From Eukaryota sp. GEM-RC1 (taxonomy: Eukaryota), in the NCBI GenBank assembly GCA_040285855.1, contig JAUFOQ010000002.1:1116001-1180000 (forward strand): a stretch of DNA of 64,000 nt. The letters are read 5' to 3'. The notes below the pieces were generated by a model. The model had not been told where the DNA came from, ran no database searches, and saw nothing but the letters and a program-made list of their open reading frames with translations. This document shows, piece after piece, positions 49,992 through 63,460 of this stretch; within the stretch, counting starts at the first letter, position 1; every line of letters starts with the position of its first letter. Position numbers and translations under genes: made by a program.

Positions 49992-51365
49992 TCAAAAATT
50001 GTTGAAGAACCAGTGAGTCCTGAATCCAAGAATGCTTTCAATACGAACCCTCTCATGAATCCAATCACGCAATTGCTTTAATCAATCAATTTAATTTGAT
50101 TGATTTAGGACTCACATCAAGGTGCAGATATCAAATATTACCCGTATTGACATTTATTCTGTAAATTTCTTTTGGACATTCCATTTTTAGCTCGAAAACT
50201 TGTTATAAATTTCTTGGTTTCTATTTAAATTAAAACAAATCAGGCGTGTCACATTATCCTTGATGTTACACTACAACTTTATATCAAACAGATTCAAAAA
50301 CAACCAAGATTTCCGTACAAGAATGCGATATGATTGTCTTCAAAATTCTGATGTAAGTACTTTGACACCTCAGCGTCTCAGCATCTTTCAGTCGTTTGTT
50401 TGAAGCATTCAAGATACTATGAACAAATGCATAGACAATTTGAGAGACATTTTCATTTTGACAAAAAATGATTTTGTTATGGTTCATACCTAGACCTTTG
50501 CAAATCTTCAGCTATTCCGTTTGGTCAGAAAATGCCATTCTTCTTGTCTTTCTGACTTACATACCTAGATTTCCTCCATTTATCACTGTACGAGCAGCCC
50601 AGTCTTCTTTTAATTAATGTTTCCGTTTCTAACACCGAAAGAGAGAGGTGTTAGAACCTCACATGAAATGACACTCGTACTCTAAACATTCATTTCTGCT
50701 CCTACAGTGTCAAATTTTCACTTCATCCGATGTACATCGTTTTCTCTGTTTCAACTACTTCGTTCCTGTTCTTGTTCCCTCTCTTCAATATGCTGATGGC
50801 GGGTCTGGTGATGACCTTTCCATTCTTCTAGTTTTTCAGTCCTCTCGTTGACTCTCTTCTTAATATCCTTTCTTCGGTACGTAATACCAATTGACACTCC
50901 CCAATCAATTTTGATCTTTGATTTTGACCGTTGATGTCTTTGGTGGATCAACTTTTGTTCTGACTTTGACTCAATTTTAGATGTCCCGAGGATATGTGGT
51001 ATTTCCAAACATAAAACATAATCAGTGTTGATTTCCCGTTTGTCTCTAGTGACCAAGCAATTTCAATCAAATGTTTCAGTATATCACCCTCAAAAAGTGT
51101 ACAGTGATTGTGATTGTGCTGGTTTACATCGGTCATTTGATGACGCTCACTCTCGTTTACAATTAGATTCAGATTTTCAAACTTTTTTGACTGTAAATAT
51201 ATCTCGCCAAATTTTTCCCTTTCAGAGTGCGTCTTCGATTGTCACCGTAATTACTTCTGAAGAAGAGATTGTCAATTTCTTTTGTTTAGTTTTACGTCAT
51301 CTCTAGTGGTTCAGTTTAATGATGGAAGTAATTTTCATCACTTAGAATTTCACTTAGTTCATAAG

Positions 51366-54133
51366 CATAGCTGTCAAATACAACCAACACGTGTTTGAAA
51401 AATACAAAAATACACACAAAAATACAAAAATACAAGTAATAAAAATTCATTTATTAAAAACAATAACTATTTGTTGTTTGTTGCTCAAATTATTGGAATA
51501 TGCTACTTTCTAACAGATTTTCGTCTTCTCTCATCTTCATAATACGTGATCTATTTTTACGCCGTGGCTTTCCAGCATCAGGGGAGAAACAATTCATTAT
51601 TAGATCACTACTGTTGTTATCAACAAGTTCCGCTAAAGGATCTTCATCTTCTTCTTGTCTTTCAGGTGAAGGATGAACAACCACAACTCTTTGATCTAGT
51701 TCAACGTCTTCTTCTGATAGTGACAATCCTTCTACAATATCGATTCCGTCCGGCAATGCATCCATGTCTCTTAGATATTCGTCTATTTCTGACCTTCTAT
51801 TACACCATTGTCTTGCCATCATAAAAACTTGTTCCCTCTTCATTACATGGATGTCTCTCATCTCCACTCCAGTAAAACCATCAACCTGTTTTTCCAGCTG
51901 AGGAAGATTGAACTGAACATTTAGTGAAGCATCCAGAGTTTCATTACTTTGTGAGGATCTTCTTTTATCCATTTGCAGATCCAAACAAGACCAGTTACGC
52001 TCGGTCAGTGAGGCTGATCCAGTGGCTGAAGTGATTCTTGCCGCAATGTGACAAAGGTTTGGGAAATACGACGCCACAGTATCAAGCCACCAATTATGAG
52101 GTGCTTGGTATCCTGATTGTCTTTTGAACATGTGATCTTCCCTAAATTTGCGGAACTCTTTTCTAAAAGAACTTGTTTTCCTGGAAAATTGTTCTCAAGA
52201 AAATCCTTCAAGCCCTGGTAGAGACGAGGATTGCTGAGATAAGCCAAATTTTTAGTCCTGAGCGCTGGATTCAAAATTCGTGCAAACATTACAGCATCAG
52301 TTGAAACGTATATAAGTCTAGCCGAAATGTGTTCAGCGATGTTATCATATCGGCCGTTGAATTCTTCCAGTGAAATATGTCGGTTGAATTCATACACACT
52401 TAACATTGCCTTCTTTACTTCTTCGAAAAGACATGACATAGCAAAATGAGCGAAAGAAAGAAATGCCGGTCTGCAAGTATCAGCCAACCGCAGTAAATTT
52501 ACTATGGGAGTACAAGCTCCAAGAAACAGTTCACTATCCTGCCAAAAACCATCTGACTTGATAATCTCAGAAACTTTGAGCCATGAATTATTTCGAATTC
52601 CTGAGATAAACTCTTGTTTGTCGACAACTTTTAGCAAACATTTCCTATTCCAAAGAATTGTTTCAACGAGGAGCACAACATAACAAAAGCGGGTAACTGG
52701 ATAACTTCTCAACACTTTACCTCCTGCTTCTTTCAACCAAGCAGCTGGTCTACTTTGGTTTTTGAAAACAGACAGAAGAACTTTCACCATGGAAACTATT
52801 CTCTGAATCCAAGGTTCTGAATTCAAATCATTTAAAAGTAGATTTAACGAGTGTGAGAAACAATGAGAAAGAAGGAACAGAGGTTTAAGTGGGGCATCAT
52901 TCTGAACCTCAGAGTGGAATAAATCTTTTGCTGAACTGTTGACACTAGCTCCATCGAATGCTAACATATAAAGATTTGGTGACCCGGTAAGTATCTCAGG
53001 ACGTAGATGTGGATCAGTAGAGTAAATTGAGATCATAGTTTGAAGAAGATAAACAGCGCGGTCCAACACTTTTGCAATATGTTCGGCGTTTGCCGAATCA
53101 CCTTCTAACGGGATAAAACCCAAGTAGAAAGAATTTCCATTGCTAGATACAATGATATTGTGGATGGGAGAGGTTTTAGTCGAATAACCATCAACGGAAA
53201 TCTCTGCTCCATATGCCAGCAATGAAGGTAAGAATTTGTCCCGAACTAGAGCGCTGACCTTATCAGCTATGGCAGGCAAATAATCGGAGGACAATTTACG
53301 CCGTGTGGGGCCTAAGTAGTCTTTAGGTACTTGACGTTGACGATGAGCCGTCGCAAAAGTCTTCAGAGCTTTTCGAAAATACTGATCATCCACTAACTGA
53401 TGTGGTAAACCATTGGCTGCAACAGCCATAGCAAAGTCTTTGCCTATGGTGTCAATGGTGTCAGTTAAGGGGAAGAAGCTGTTAGTGCACTCCTCATCGC
53501 TCTCGGAAATAACAACTTCCTCGAGGATGTTTTTTCGTACAGATGACGAGAGTTCCTTGCTTTTTTTAACTTCCAGCTTATTGTTGCAGTATTTGAGAAG
53601 TTGAGAAATTTCAACAGTGTTCTGCCATCCGGAGCATCCAAGAAGATGACGTTTCGAAAAGCGGGTCGTGTTAGAGTTAGGAAAGACACAACGGCAGCCA
53701 AAGCAAAAGACATCATATTGGGAGGTCCCTTTGGGGTTGCTGACAGCAACCATACTCCAAAGAGGATTCCCACCCTTGACGTGACGTAAAGAATAGTTGA
53801 CAGGGGGGGTTTTTACTAGGAGAGGGTTGTATCATAATTGTTGAGAGAAGTAATTTACCAACTGTATTTGCAGTGGCAGAGATGTTACAGCAACAACTAG
53901 AATCAAATTTATGAACCAATGCCGTTAGTTGATTGATCTACACATACTAACCATGGCTTTCAACGGTTTAGATAGTACAATCAGAGAAATGTTGAAGTCT
54001 AGCGAAATTCGTTCAAAAATACAAAAATACAAAAATACAAAAAAATACACTTTTGAGACACAGTTGTATTTTACAAAAATACAAAAATACACTAAAAATA
54101 CAAAAATACACAAAAGTGTATTTTTCAGCTATG
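51366..54133 (-). mobile_element. hAT DNA transposon 1 (2768 bp)
   Basis: TIR CATAGCTGTCAAATAC vs CATAGCTGAAAAATAC. TSD TTCATAAG at 51358-51365 and 54134-54141. AAAATAC subterminal repeats. Confidence 0.92.
51490..53835 (-). CDS. hAT transposase (frameshifts at the G7 run ~53805 and T4 run ~52160)
   Basis: BED-like CFGC..RHLLGC, ISVDGYST, AFDGASVN, HCFSHSLNL, PVTRF, WW..FPNL..AARI..SASLTERNWS. Confidence 0.88.
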
Positions 54134-55249
54134 TTCATAAGTACATCTTTTACTAGTATTTGAATTGCCATTATTACTATCAATCACAATTAAATTACAA
54201 TGGAACCTTTTTTCAAGAACCTATCATATTTGATGAACAGTTTGTTTGCTTTTAATATTTAAATCAATGATTAATTAAAATTCAAAGTATACGATCGCTA
54301 CTATTTCACATTCTTCGCGAGTAAAACCAGTCTTCGACGCTTACTTAGTATCAAACTATTTAAAAGAGAACAATCACACTACTTTTGAAAATGATTTTGG
54401 TAATACTGCTTCAATTTTTGAATTGTATCACTAATCTGAAAAAATTAATTGGTAAATCACAATGGCACGTCATCGTTACGATTTAGTAGAAGTGAAGCAG
54501 TTGCCATTATGTTGAACATACTTATGTTTGTTATCAACAGTAACTGCACCGTACATTTCCAGAAAATGACCCTTAATTTCAACTAAAATAGCTATGTCTT
54601 AATCGGTCTAATTTCAAATTCCAATCGCTTCAGTACTATATGACTTTACTAAAAGAATCAACAACTGATGTGGCAAGTTTAAGTTCTGCAAAAAAGATGA
54701 ATATAATCTCGAACCACACTGGACCAAAACATGATGTCCTAGAATGTTGGTGGACGCCTATGACTGTTGCATTCATTCTTAAAGAAGATTTGGTTTCATA
54801 GTGAAGACCATCTGCATCATCTTACAAGTATGTTCTAGGACATTTGTGTCCTTACATGTAGTGACAATCAGGGAAACGTTAAGAATTTTGCGATCTAAAT
54901 AGTTGATCGGAAGAAACTGAACATATTTAGTCAAATAGTGAGTGACATATTTAATGTCACGGAAGACTTTCAATTCTGCTGCACTGTGCTGCAAGTTTAG
55001 ACACATTTCCAGGCTGAGAAGTCGGCTCACGATTCATGAATCGTGAAAATCAAATAGAATAATCTCAAAGGTTGATTCTCATGATGTATCAGAAGAAATC
55101 TTAGCACGAGTGTTATCAACAAGTGGATAATAAGAAATAACATCATCCGAGGTGGGTGACAAGACTTCAAATCCAACTTCGTAGGTTTCAAATGACTCAC
55201 CCATCTCATCTAACAACAATCCAGCACAATTCTCGACAGGAGTTAGAGG

Positions 55250-55830
55250 ATGATAAACGATCAGTTTCGACATTCAGGATTTTCACTCGGGAACTGCCGA
55301 AGAATTTTTTGGAGAGGCAAACAAAATAAGAAAGGGCCAAGCGGGTCTCCCTGTTTTACACCTCGAGTTGAAGAAATGGTGTGTTCATTTAACATAAGTG
55401 AAGATGGGTGACCATATATAATTTCAAAATATGCGACCAATTCAGGAAAATGATTTACAAGTTGGTCATATATTTGAGACCGATAAACACAATTAAAAGC
55501 ATTTTTGTAATCTACATTAAGAACAAAATTTTCCAAATTTGAATACAAAAAAAGATCTGTCATAAGAGCAGTAATATTTGTACCGTCAACAATCCGAATA
55601 CAGTATTGAAAAGGTCCAAAATATTCTACCGCCTTTGCTTGAACTCTGTTAAAACAAATTGATGAAAGTAGCGACCAAACGGATATGTTTTAAAGCAATA
55701 GAAAATTTGTTAGGTTGGGAACTGATAAGATGAAAAATTACAGTCTTCAGCGATTTCAGGGGCATGAGAAATGGCAATCTTAAGATGATCAAAACTAAGA
55801 CCAGAGGGACCGGCCGATTATCCACTTTTG
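55250..55830 (-). pseudogene. Truncated non-LTR retrotransposon reverse transcriptase (CRE/RLE-like)
   Basis: SAGPSGLSFDHLK (~55780-55820), FGPFQYC, VDYKNAFNCVYR, GVKQGDPLGPFLF. The YxDD motif is missing after KLIVY. Confidence 0.8.
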
Positions 55831-56013
55831 TTGGCCTTTTGGACTTCTAACACTAAAATGAGTGCCTTTGACCAGTAGTTAGGCAACGTTGCAAGAGGTG
55901 ATAAAGGCTCTTCAAACGGATGAAGAAATTATATTACAAAAGGTGAGACTAGTTTTCAATCGGAGTTCAATTTACCATGATTAGTGTAGTAAAATTTGAA
56001 AGACTATGTGAAG

Positions 56014-56047
56014 CCGTCGGGTCGGGTCACGACGGGACAAAGTCTAG
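56014..56047 (+). mobile_element. Helitron-like 3' terminus (GC hairpin + CTAG followed by T)
   Basis: CCGTCG-10 nt-CGACGG hairpin, an 8-nt spacer, then CTAG|T. Confidence 0.55.
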
Positions 56048-56945
56048 TTAAAATCATACTTGGGTATCACAGTTTTTTGAATTTTGTGATACCTGTGAAT
56101 CACACATATCACATCACAACATCACATCTACAGTGTGATATGTGTGATAATTGAGGTATATCACATCACAAATACAGATGAAACTGATCTTACTCAATAA
56201 AACCTTATATAAACAAGAGGCAACCTAAATATACAACTAAATATACATAAATTCACAAAATTGACTAAATGCACAAAAAACAAACACGACAATTCTTGAT
56301 GACGTTTGGAGTTTCCTTCCTTCTCCTGTTCTTTAATCTGCTTCTTCTATAATTGTCTTTCTTATGACTGTCCCCCCTAGCAACTGTTCCTCCCTTGTTT
56401 GTGTTTGATACTAAAGACGAGCTGCAGAATTTTTGAGGCAACAGGACACAGTGGAAGAACTTGCTCTAGAAGAAAAGATTTGACCCTGAACTTGCTAGAC
56501 ATATGGCATGAACAGAAGACTAGGTTATAGCTAGAGTGTTCTGCACTTTTCTTCTTCTAGTTCAAATAAACCACTTCGCTGTCATTCTATGTAACCATAA
56601 CACACACATCGTTCACCTGAAAACGAAATCCAGATGCTTTTGGACAACAAGCTTGTAAGTGTCATCTTAAAGCCCAAAAGTTGTTTAAAAGGAACACTTC
56701 CTCCACATCGCCATGGGATTTGCTCTTTGGGGATACATCACTGACAACGTTTCTTTGCAACTGTTGTTTTGGATGTTCTACACACCAACTTCATTCGGAG
56801 ATGAGATTCTACTTGACATTTTGCTGGGGAAAGTGTTATCAATCACTTGTGATTGCACTTCAGCAATCACAGATTATATGACCTCATGAAATATTTTTGT
56901 CGCGCGACAAAAAATTGTCGTGTTGGTATTTTGTATACTCTAAAA

Positions 56946-59905
56946 CATAGATGGGAAATACGAAATACATGTATTCTGTGTATTCTGTATTCTGTATTTG
57001 TATTTGTATTAATACAAGGCCCTAATTTGTATTTTTTTGGTATTATTAAATGTACTATTACGTAGTCTTAGTTTATATGTATTTTTACACAATGAACGTT
57101 TGTGTACCAAATTAATGTTTGATACCCGAATAAATTTCCCTTTCTGTAAAAGTAGGTACATAAACAATTCTATTTCTTATGCTTCCTGACTCAACACCAC
57201 TTGCCCCCTCTCCGACTATACTGTCTACAACTCAACTGCGTGGATATACACGCAACAACGTTATCTCCGACAACCCTATATGGAATATGTGTTTCGTCAA
57301 AAACAAAAAAAATTCTACAAACATGGATATCTTGTGTGGTGGTTGTCGGTTGGAGTTCCCGAAGACAAATGCTACCCGTTGGGGAAAAGCAAATGGTCAC
57401 CTCCTTTCCTGCAGCAAGTGGCGCAATACCAAAGAGATGAGTCAGCTGTTGAAATACAGACAAGGCAAGTCGGATAACGCTGAGTTAGCGAAGTTAAGAA
57501 CAACAGAAGCAAAAGCATTAGTAAACACGGTTGCTTCAGATACTTGTGATCCGGTAAAACCACTGTTTTCACCGAAATCTGTACAAGACATGGTTGACAG
57601 AGAGTTCTGTCTGGCATTTGTGACTGGCGGCATCCCTTTTTCTTTCGCAGACTCTCATCTTTTCAGGCAAGCCTTGCAAAACTTTGCTCAAGTGCACAGA
57701 GCTAGACAAGTCCCCCACACCTACACTGGGCCCAATCGGAAATCTCTGTTTACGCGCCATCTTCCCCATATTCAATACAAAATTGAAGACATGATCTCCA
57801 CAAACTTTATTCCGAGTCTGCTTATGTATTCTGTTGAGATTTCAATTGACGGATATTCAACCAAATGTTCCCCGCGTCATAACATTATCATCGCGTCAAA
57901 TGGTCGCTCACTCTTTCTTGGATGTATCCCTACACTTTCAGCTGACCGAAATGCCGACCATCTGAAACAGATAATGCAGTATGCTCTTCACCAAATTGAT
58001 TCAATGGTTGATAGACACGCAGATAAAGAACTTCAAGATCTGTTTCCACAATCTGTACTTATGCAGAGAGCGAAAAATATTTTATGGTTATCTTTAGATG
58101 GAGCGTCTGTCAATTGCTCTGCAGCTGGCCAATTGGGTGATTCTCAAATTGTTTTATATTGTCACTGCATTACTCACTCAATCAATTTATTACTTAAAGA
58201 TTTTTTAAATGAATCTTGGATAAAAAATCTTGTCCCTACAGTAAAAAATTTACTTTCTGTATTCAAGAACAAAGCCCAAGTTGCTTCTTGGCTTAACGAA
58301 GTCGGTGGTAAAGCTTTATGTAGTTACCCTGTCACCAGATTTGCATATTTTCTGTTATCGGTAGAGAAAATAGCAAGAAATAGGCCATATATGATTACGG
58401 TTGTACTTAGTGAGGTCTTTACAACAAAGATTTCTAAAGTAAGTGCCCAGGAAAGACTGAAACTGACGACGGCAAGAGACATCGTATTGGGTGAATCGGG
58501 ATACGATAAGTTTTGGTTGGATGCTTTTATATTCATTGAAATTTGCTCTCCATTTATGAATATTTTACGTTTAAGTGATGGATGTCCGCCTGGATTTGCT
58601 GCATTTGCTCACTTTGCGTTAACAGTTGCTCGAGGCCGAATGAAAAAATCATTTGTTAAAGTCATGGATAATCATACCATTTCATCCTCTTACACTGAAG
58701 CTGACTGAATGATCGGATCAACGCTCTTGATAACCATGTGGTGTCACGTATAGTGTATATATCCACACCAGCAATTATGATTGGGCGAATTTTGAATCCT
58801 GAACTTAGAAAAGAGAATGCTCAATTCTTTGGAAATGTGGAATTAATTCAGCCAGTATTGAAACTGTTCGAAAAATTCCCAGAATCAAAGAAAAACCTTG
58901 AAGACGAATTTCGATTGTATCGCAACAAGCCGCTCCTTTTGGCCACCGAAGCTGTCAACATGCCTCCTCACCAGTGGTGGGCAGAAGCGGCATATCAATA
59001 TTTTCCAACTTTATCTATAGTGGCAGCCAGAATTACTCAAGCATCCGGTTCTGCTTCAATGACAGAGAGGAACTGGAGTTTTCTTGACTATCAATTGGAT
59101 AAGCGTAGATTACGATTGTCTAATGATAGTATTGATGCATTGTTGAGTGTACAGTTCAATTTTCCAGCGCTATCAAAAGATGAAAATGTCATGACATATC
59201 AGAAGCTCACACAATGTTTCGACCAACCCAAAGGAGAAGCTTCCAAACTGAATCAAGCTTGGTGCAACACACGAGCTGAAATTGACCAGGTATTGATGGA
59301 CAATGATGCTATTCAAGTTTTAGGAGATGAAATAGAAGACTTTGATTTATCTCATGTAGAAGAGGACATTGTAAACTGTGACATCATTGAGGAAGTGGAA
59401 TTAATGTTAGTACGGGATTTAGTAGATTGGATATCTATTGAGGGAGAGGAGGTAGTTACAATAGAAGATGAGATCAACGAAGATGCTGATGAACAGTTGT
59501 ATTTTGCGTGTGTTTCGCCCCAGGCTGGACAAAAAGGATACGTGGGAAGAACAAAACCGGAGATGTTGAGTCTACTGGTAGATGAAGTTGTTTCTTGTTC
59601 AGTTCATTATTATTTTGAGTGCTCACTCACTCTGTATCATAATCCGTAGTTTTTGGTGAGTTTCTATGGTATACAAATAGGTTTCAACTTGTCCCAACGT
59701 GAAAACGCTGTAAAGTAGAAACTTTCTCATAACACTGAAGTTGAATATTTTATATGGTCTTATCGAAGTAACACACATGTTTGCACCTGAAATACAATTG
59801 AAATACACTCACGTGATAGAGATAGTGTATTTGTATTCGATGTATTTGTATTTGTATTTGTATTTGTATTAATACAGAGGCATGAAGTTGTATTTCCCAT
59901 CTATG
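56946..59905 (+). mobile_element. hAT DNA transposon 2 (2960 bp)
   Basis: Perfect 16-bp TIR CATAGATGGGAAATAC. TSD CTCTAAAA at 56938-56945 and 59906-59913. GTATTT subterminal repeats. Confidence 0.93.
57179..59649 (+). CDS. hAT transposase (1-nt frameshift at ~58705)
   Basis: CGGC..GHLLSC, ISIDGYST, SLDGASVN, HCITHSINL, PVTRF, WWAE..FPTL..AARI..SASMTERNWS. Homologous along its length to transposase 1. Confidence 0.9.
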
Positions 59906-62440
59906 CTCTAAAACATCTAATACAACGCCACCCCCAAACCCCAAAAATTAGGGGGTGGCGCTCTATTAGATTTATGACCTGTCTGCTGACTTCTGGGATT
60001 TTTGACCGTCGGTTTGAAATTTCTGAATTCGTCTTGACAAGTCAAATTCTTTTTGATCTTTTGCTCCAGTCAATCTTTTTATTGACCCTCATTTATGACC
60101 TTCCCTTTCTTCTCTCTTATGTCCTTCTTGTTCTAGCGTATATCTCGCCATTGTGATTCACGTTCCTCCTTGTTCTCCTTCTACATCCTTTCTTTACACT
60201 CTATGCCACCTTGAAAAGGTTTATGAAATATTGCTTGCGGAAATATTGATACGGAAGTTCTGGTGGAGTAACTTCATTCTGACCCTATTTGGACATGAAA
60301 GAGTGAAGAAGAGACATGATCATCTCGCTTCAACCTAATGACATGATTCATCTTTCAAGCATCTGCCTAGGTACGTTGTATCACCCCTCCTCTCTGAGTA
60401 GTTAGAGTGATACATCTCCAGATACTACGAGAACGGATCTACATCTTCCATCGCCCCTTCTATTTCCCTATCAATTTGGGTTTGTTCTTTGGCTTCATGG
60501 TAGTTCTGTATAGTTTCTTGTTGGTTCTCCCCATAAACACGATTCAATAAGGTTGTTTATCATAAATATATCTTCCGTCTACGTCTACGTTATAGCGTTG
60601 GTTTAGACCATGTGTTATGCTCTTTTAGGGAACTCTTTTGGAGTGTATGGAGGGTTGCTAGATAAAAAAGTTCTTGTGGTACGTCAATCAACATCCTACA
60701 GGGTTTTGATGGAGTTACATTTGTTAGAAGCTGTAACACCAAAGATAATCTGAAATGAGCAAGATGTGAAAGGGATGATGTTGACGAGGCAGCTAAGGCG
60801 GGGATGTCAGGGGTATCAAAGGAAATATGTCCGGTATATGTGAAGTCAAGAAAGAAGATAATACACCTTCAAGTTGCTGATCAAAAGATGTTATCAGAAT
60901 GAACGCCAGCAATACGACAGTTTATTACCAAAGAGAACTACTGATAGAGGCGACAGTCAGGATGTCATATGGGACAAAGAGGAGCAAAATGTCGGACCGT
61001 GAAAAGTGCACCCAAACGCTATATAGAGTTTCACGCTATAAACAGTTTAGACTGTATTATCGCTAGCAACAGTTCATTCATTTCGGTTCATGAACGACAA
61101 AGTACATGTGGAGTTTTGGAGTTTGATAAGAAAATGTTGTCAAATGTGACGTTTGACATATAGGATGAACAGATTTCATCGGAATCAGATGTTATGATAG
61201 CCTGTTACAGTATAGAGAGACATTGTTGTATGATCATGAACATTATTTATAAGACTGGCTAAATATAGGTTCTTTGAATCACGTTATCAACATATAATTC
61301 GACAGTGACGTGCATATACAATAGTACTTGTAGTACTTTTCATGAGTAACAACTGTAGTGTTGATAAGAGTGAACGGATAATCAGATCTGAAAAATCTTC
61401 TACTGACAATTTCTCGCTCTGACTTTCAGAGATGAGTTTCTGAACGTTTTGATTCTGATTCTACCTTCTCCAGAATGATGACCCTATAGATGTTCACTCT
61501 GAATCAAGCATCGTTATTATACCAGTACTTATGATTTCTTTTCATTATCATGTCCTATGAATGCGTTGTACTACTACAAGTAGAACCACAAGGAGCTACA
61601 GTTGTACGAGTAGCACTAATGCGACTATGAACCTCTTAGGAAACAACCTATCTTTTCATAAATCACAATGTAATGTACCGATTTCTATGTTAATCTTGGA
61701 GCTTCTTATACACTGGAATCATGATAACCTTTTATAGTATAGAGAGACATTGTTGTAGGATCACGAGTAAAAACCGAGTCTATACTTGAGCAGGCACATA
61801 ACAATTCTTTATAGAAATATACTACAGAAATAAACTGTTCATCGTACAGGAACAAAATCGATCTCTTGCTGAATGAATCCTAGAGACCTAGAGTCACAAA
61901 ACAGGAGTTCGCTTCAAGTGCATCTTCAGTGAAAGAAAAGGCTGACTTTGCACGAAGGTGAAGATCTGATAGAAGCAGGTCCGTTATCGAAGAATCAGTG
62001 TCAAGTATCTTGACTTCTCTCTTTGACTAGTGGAGAGAGTCAATCTAGAGAGATTGGAAGATAACATTGAGAAAGAATGGTAGGATTCGGGAGATCCTCT
62101 TGGGAAACTAAAGAAGAACGCAGTGACACAAAGTTGCCGTACAACGAGAAGACTTTCTGAAAAGTTACCAATACACCATAATCTTCCGAAGTACATCAGC
62201 GTAAGAAGACATGACGATGTACGAAATGAGGAGAGAGGAAGGGGAGGAGTGGTAGGTCAAAATTGCAAGAGAAGAAAGTGGACGGTCAGAAATGTAGATG
62301 TGAAGGTCATAAAGAATTCAAATTTGAAAATTCACTGGGTCAAAAACACATGAAATTCTCTAAAATATTGCAAATATTTTTGATCGAAGGGGTGGCCTTC
62401 TATTAGATGTGGATTTGGGGGTGGCGTCAGGGGTTTGAAA

Positions 62441-63460
62441 TAGGGCATGGACCCATATCCATAATTCCCCATAATGGCCATACCATAAGTATGGAACGTC
62501 AAAATCAATTATGGCTTATCATGGCCATATATGGGGGTCCATAATTTCTAGATTTCAATTAACCAACTTATGTGGAAACTGCAGTAATATATACATTTAA
62601 ACTGTGGATTTTAGGGTTCTGTGCTCGGTAAAACTTATAAAATATTGTTTTTTTAACAAAAACTGTTCAATTAATGTTATTTCGTTGAGTGAAAATACTG
62701 GTATTATTGTCACATAATTTTCTTAGCGCCCCATGCAATATCCCTCTAAGAAGAATGCAAAAGTACAGAGTTTGACCTTGTCACTAATCGTGTTCAAGTT
62801 TGAGAGACCTATTTCACCAAACTTCATCGTTCACACGACCGACACTCTACCCGTAATATAAAGCAGAACTGGGATCTTTACCATTGTTACTGCTCCACAT
62901 TTAGAAATCATGAATGCTTTGATGGCATTGAGTATTAGATCATCTTTTTTTATTTTCGAATAAATGTACGGTGAGAAAAATAAATTTAGAAATCAATAAC
63001 AGGGCAAATGTATTGGCAATCTTTGGAGCCATATTTGTACAGAGCATTCTGACCTCTCTAACTATGAATAGTTGATCACAAAGGACGGTACGCGACCACT
63101 AAACACCTTACTGCATATTGATAGGTCAAAACGTAACTTTGGGTGGTGAGAGCTAATTATGACTACCCCCGGGAGGTTTCTTTCGTGAGGATGAGATGAT
63201 TCAACATTATGTTACCCTCAAAGTCTGTTTCATCCATTTTGAAAGACGACAATGATGAAGAGTAGCTTATTATAGACTAGTGGTAAGAAGTATGTTATTT
63301 AAGGTGTGATTCCTTGATAATTTGTATTGAAAATAAAGCTGTATTGTTATTGTTGTTGAGATGGGGTCCATAATGGCCATAAGTATGGGAAGCGTAATTG
63401 ATTATGGCCATTATGGCGGAAAATGATTTGTACACAATCCATAATATGGCCCATGCCATA
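62441..63460. mobile_element. ~1-kb non-autonomous hAT-like element with CCATA/TATGG subterminal arrays
   Basis: Ends TAGGGCATGGACCCATAT vs TATGGCATGGGCCATAT (reverse complement). Dense ccata/tatgg clusters at both ends. No clean TSD. Confidence 0.65.

Noticed and set aside
56055..56880. Possible element with ATCAC/GTGAT subterminal repeats starting CATACTTGGG
   Set aside because: No matching right TIR or TSD found.
59970..62380. Transposase inside the TA-flanked element
   Set aside because: Only short interrupted frames with no DDE motif recognised. A ~30-bp direct repeat (near 61209 and 61736) was noted but has no clear meaning.
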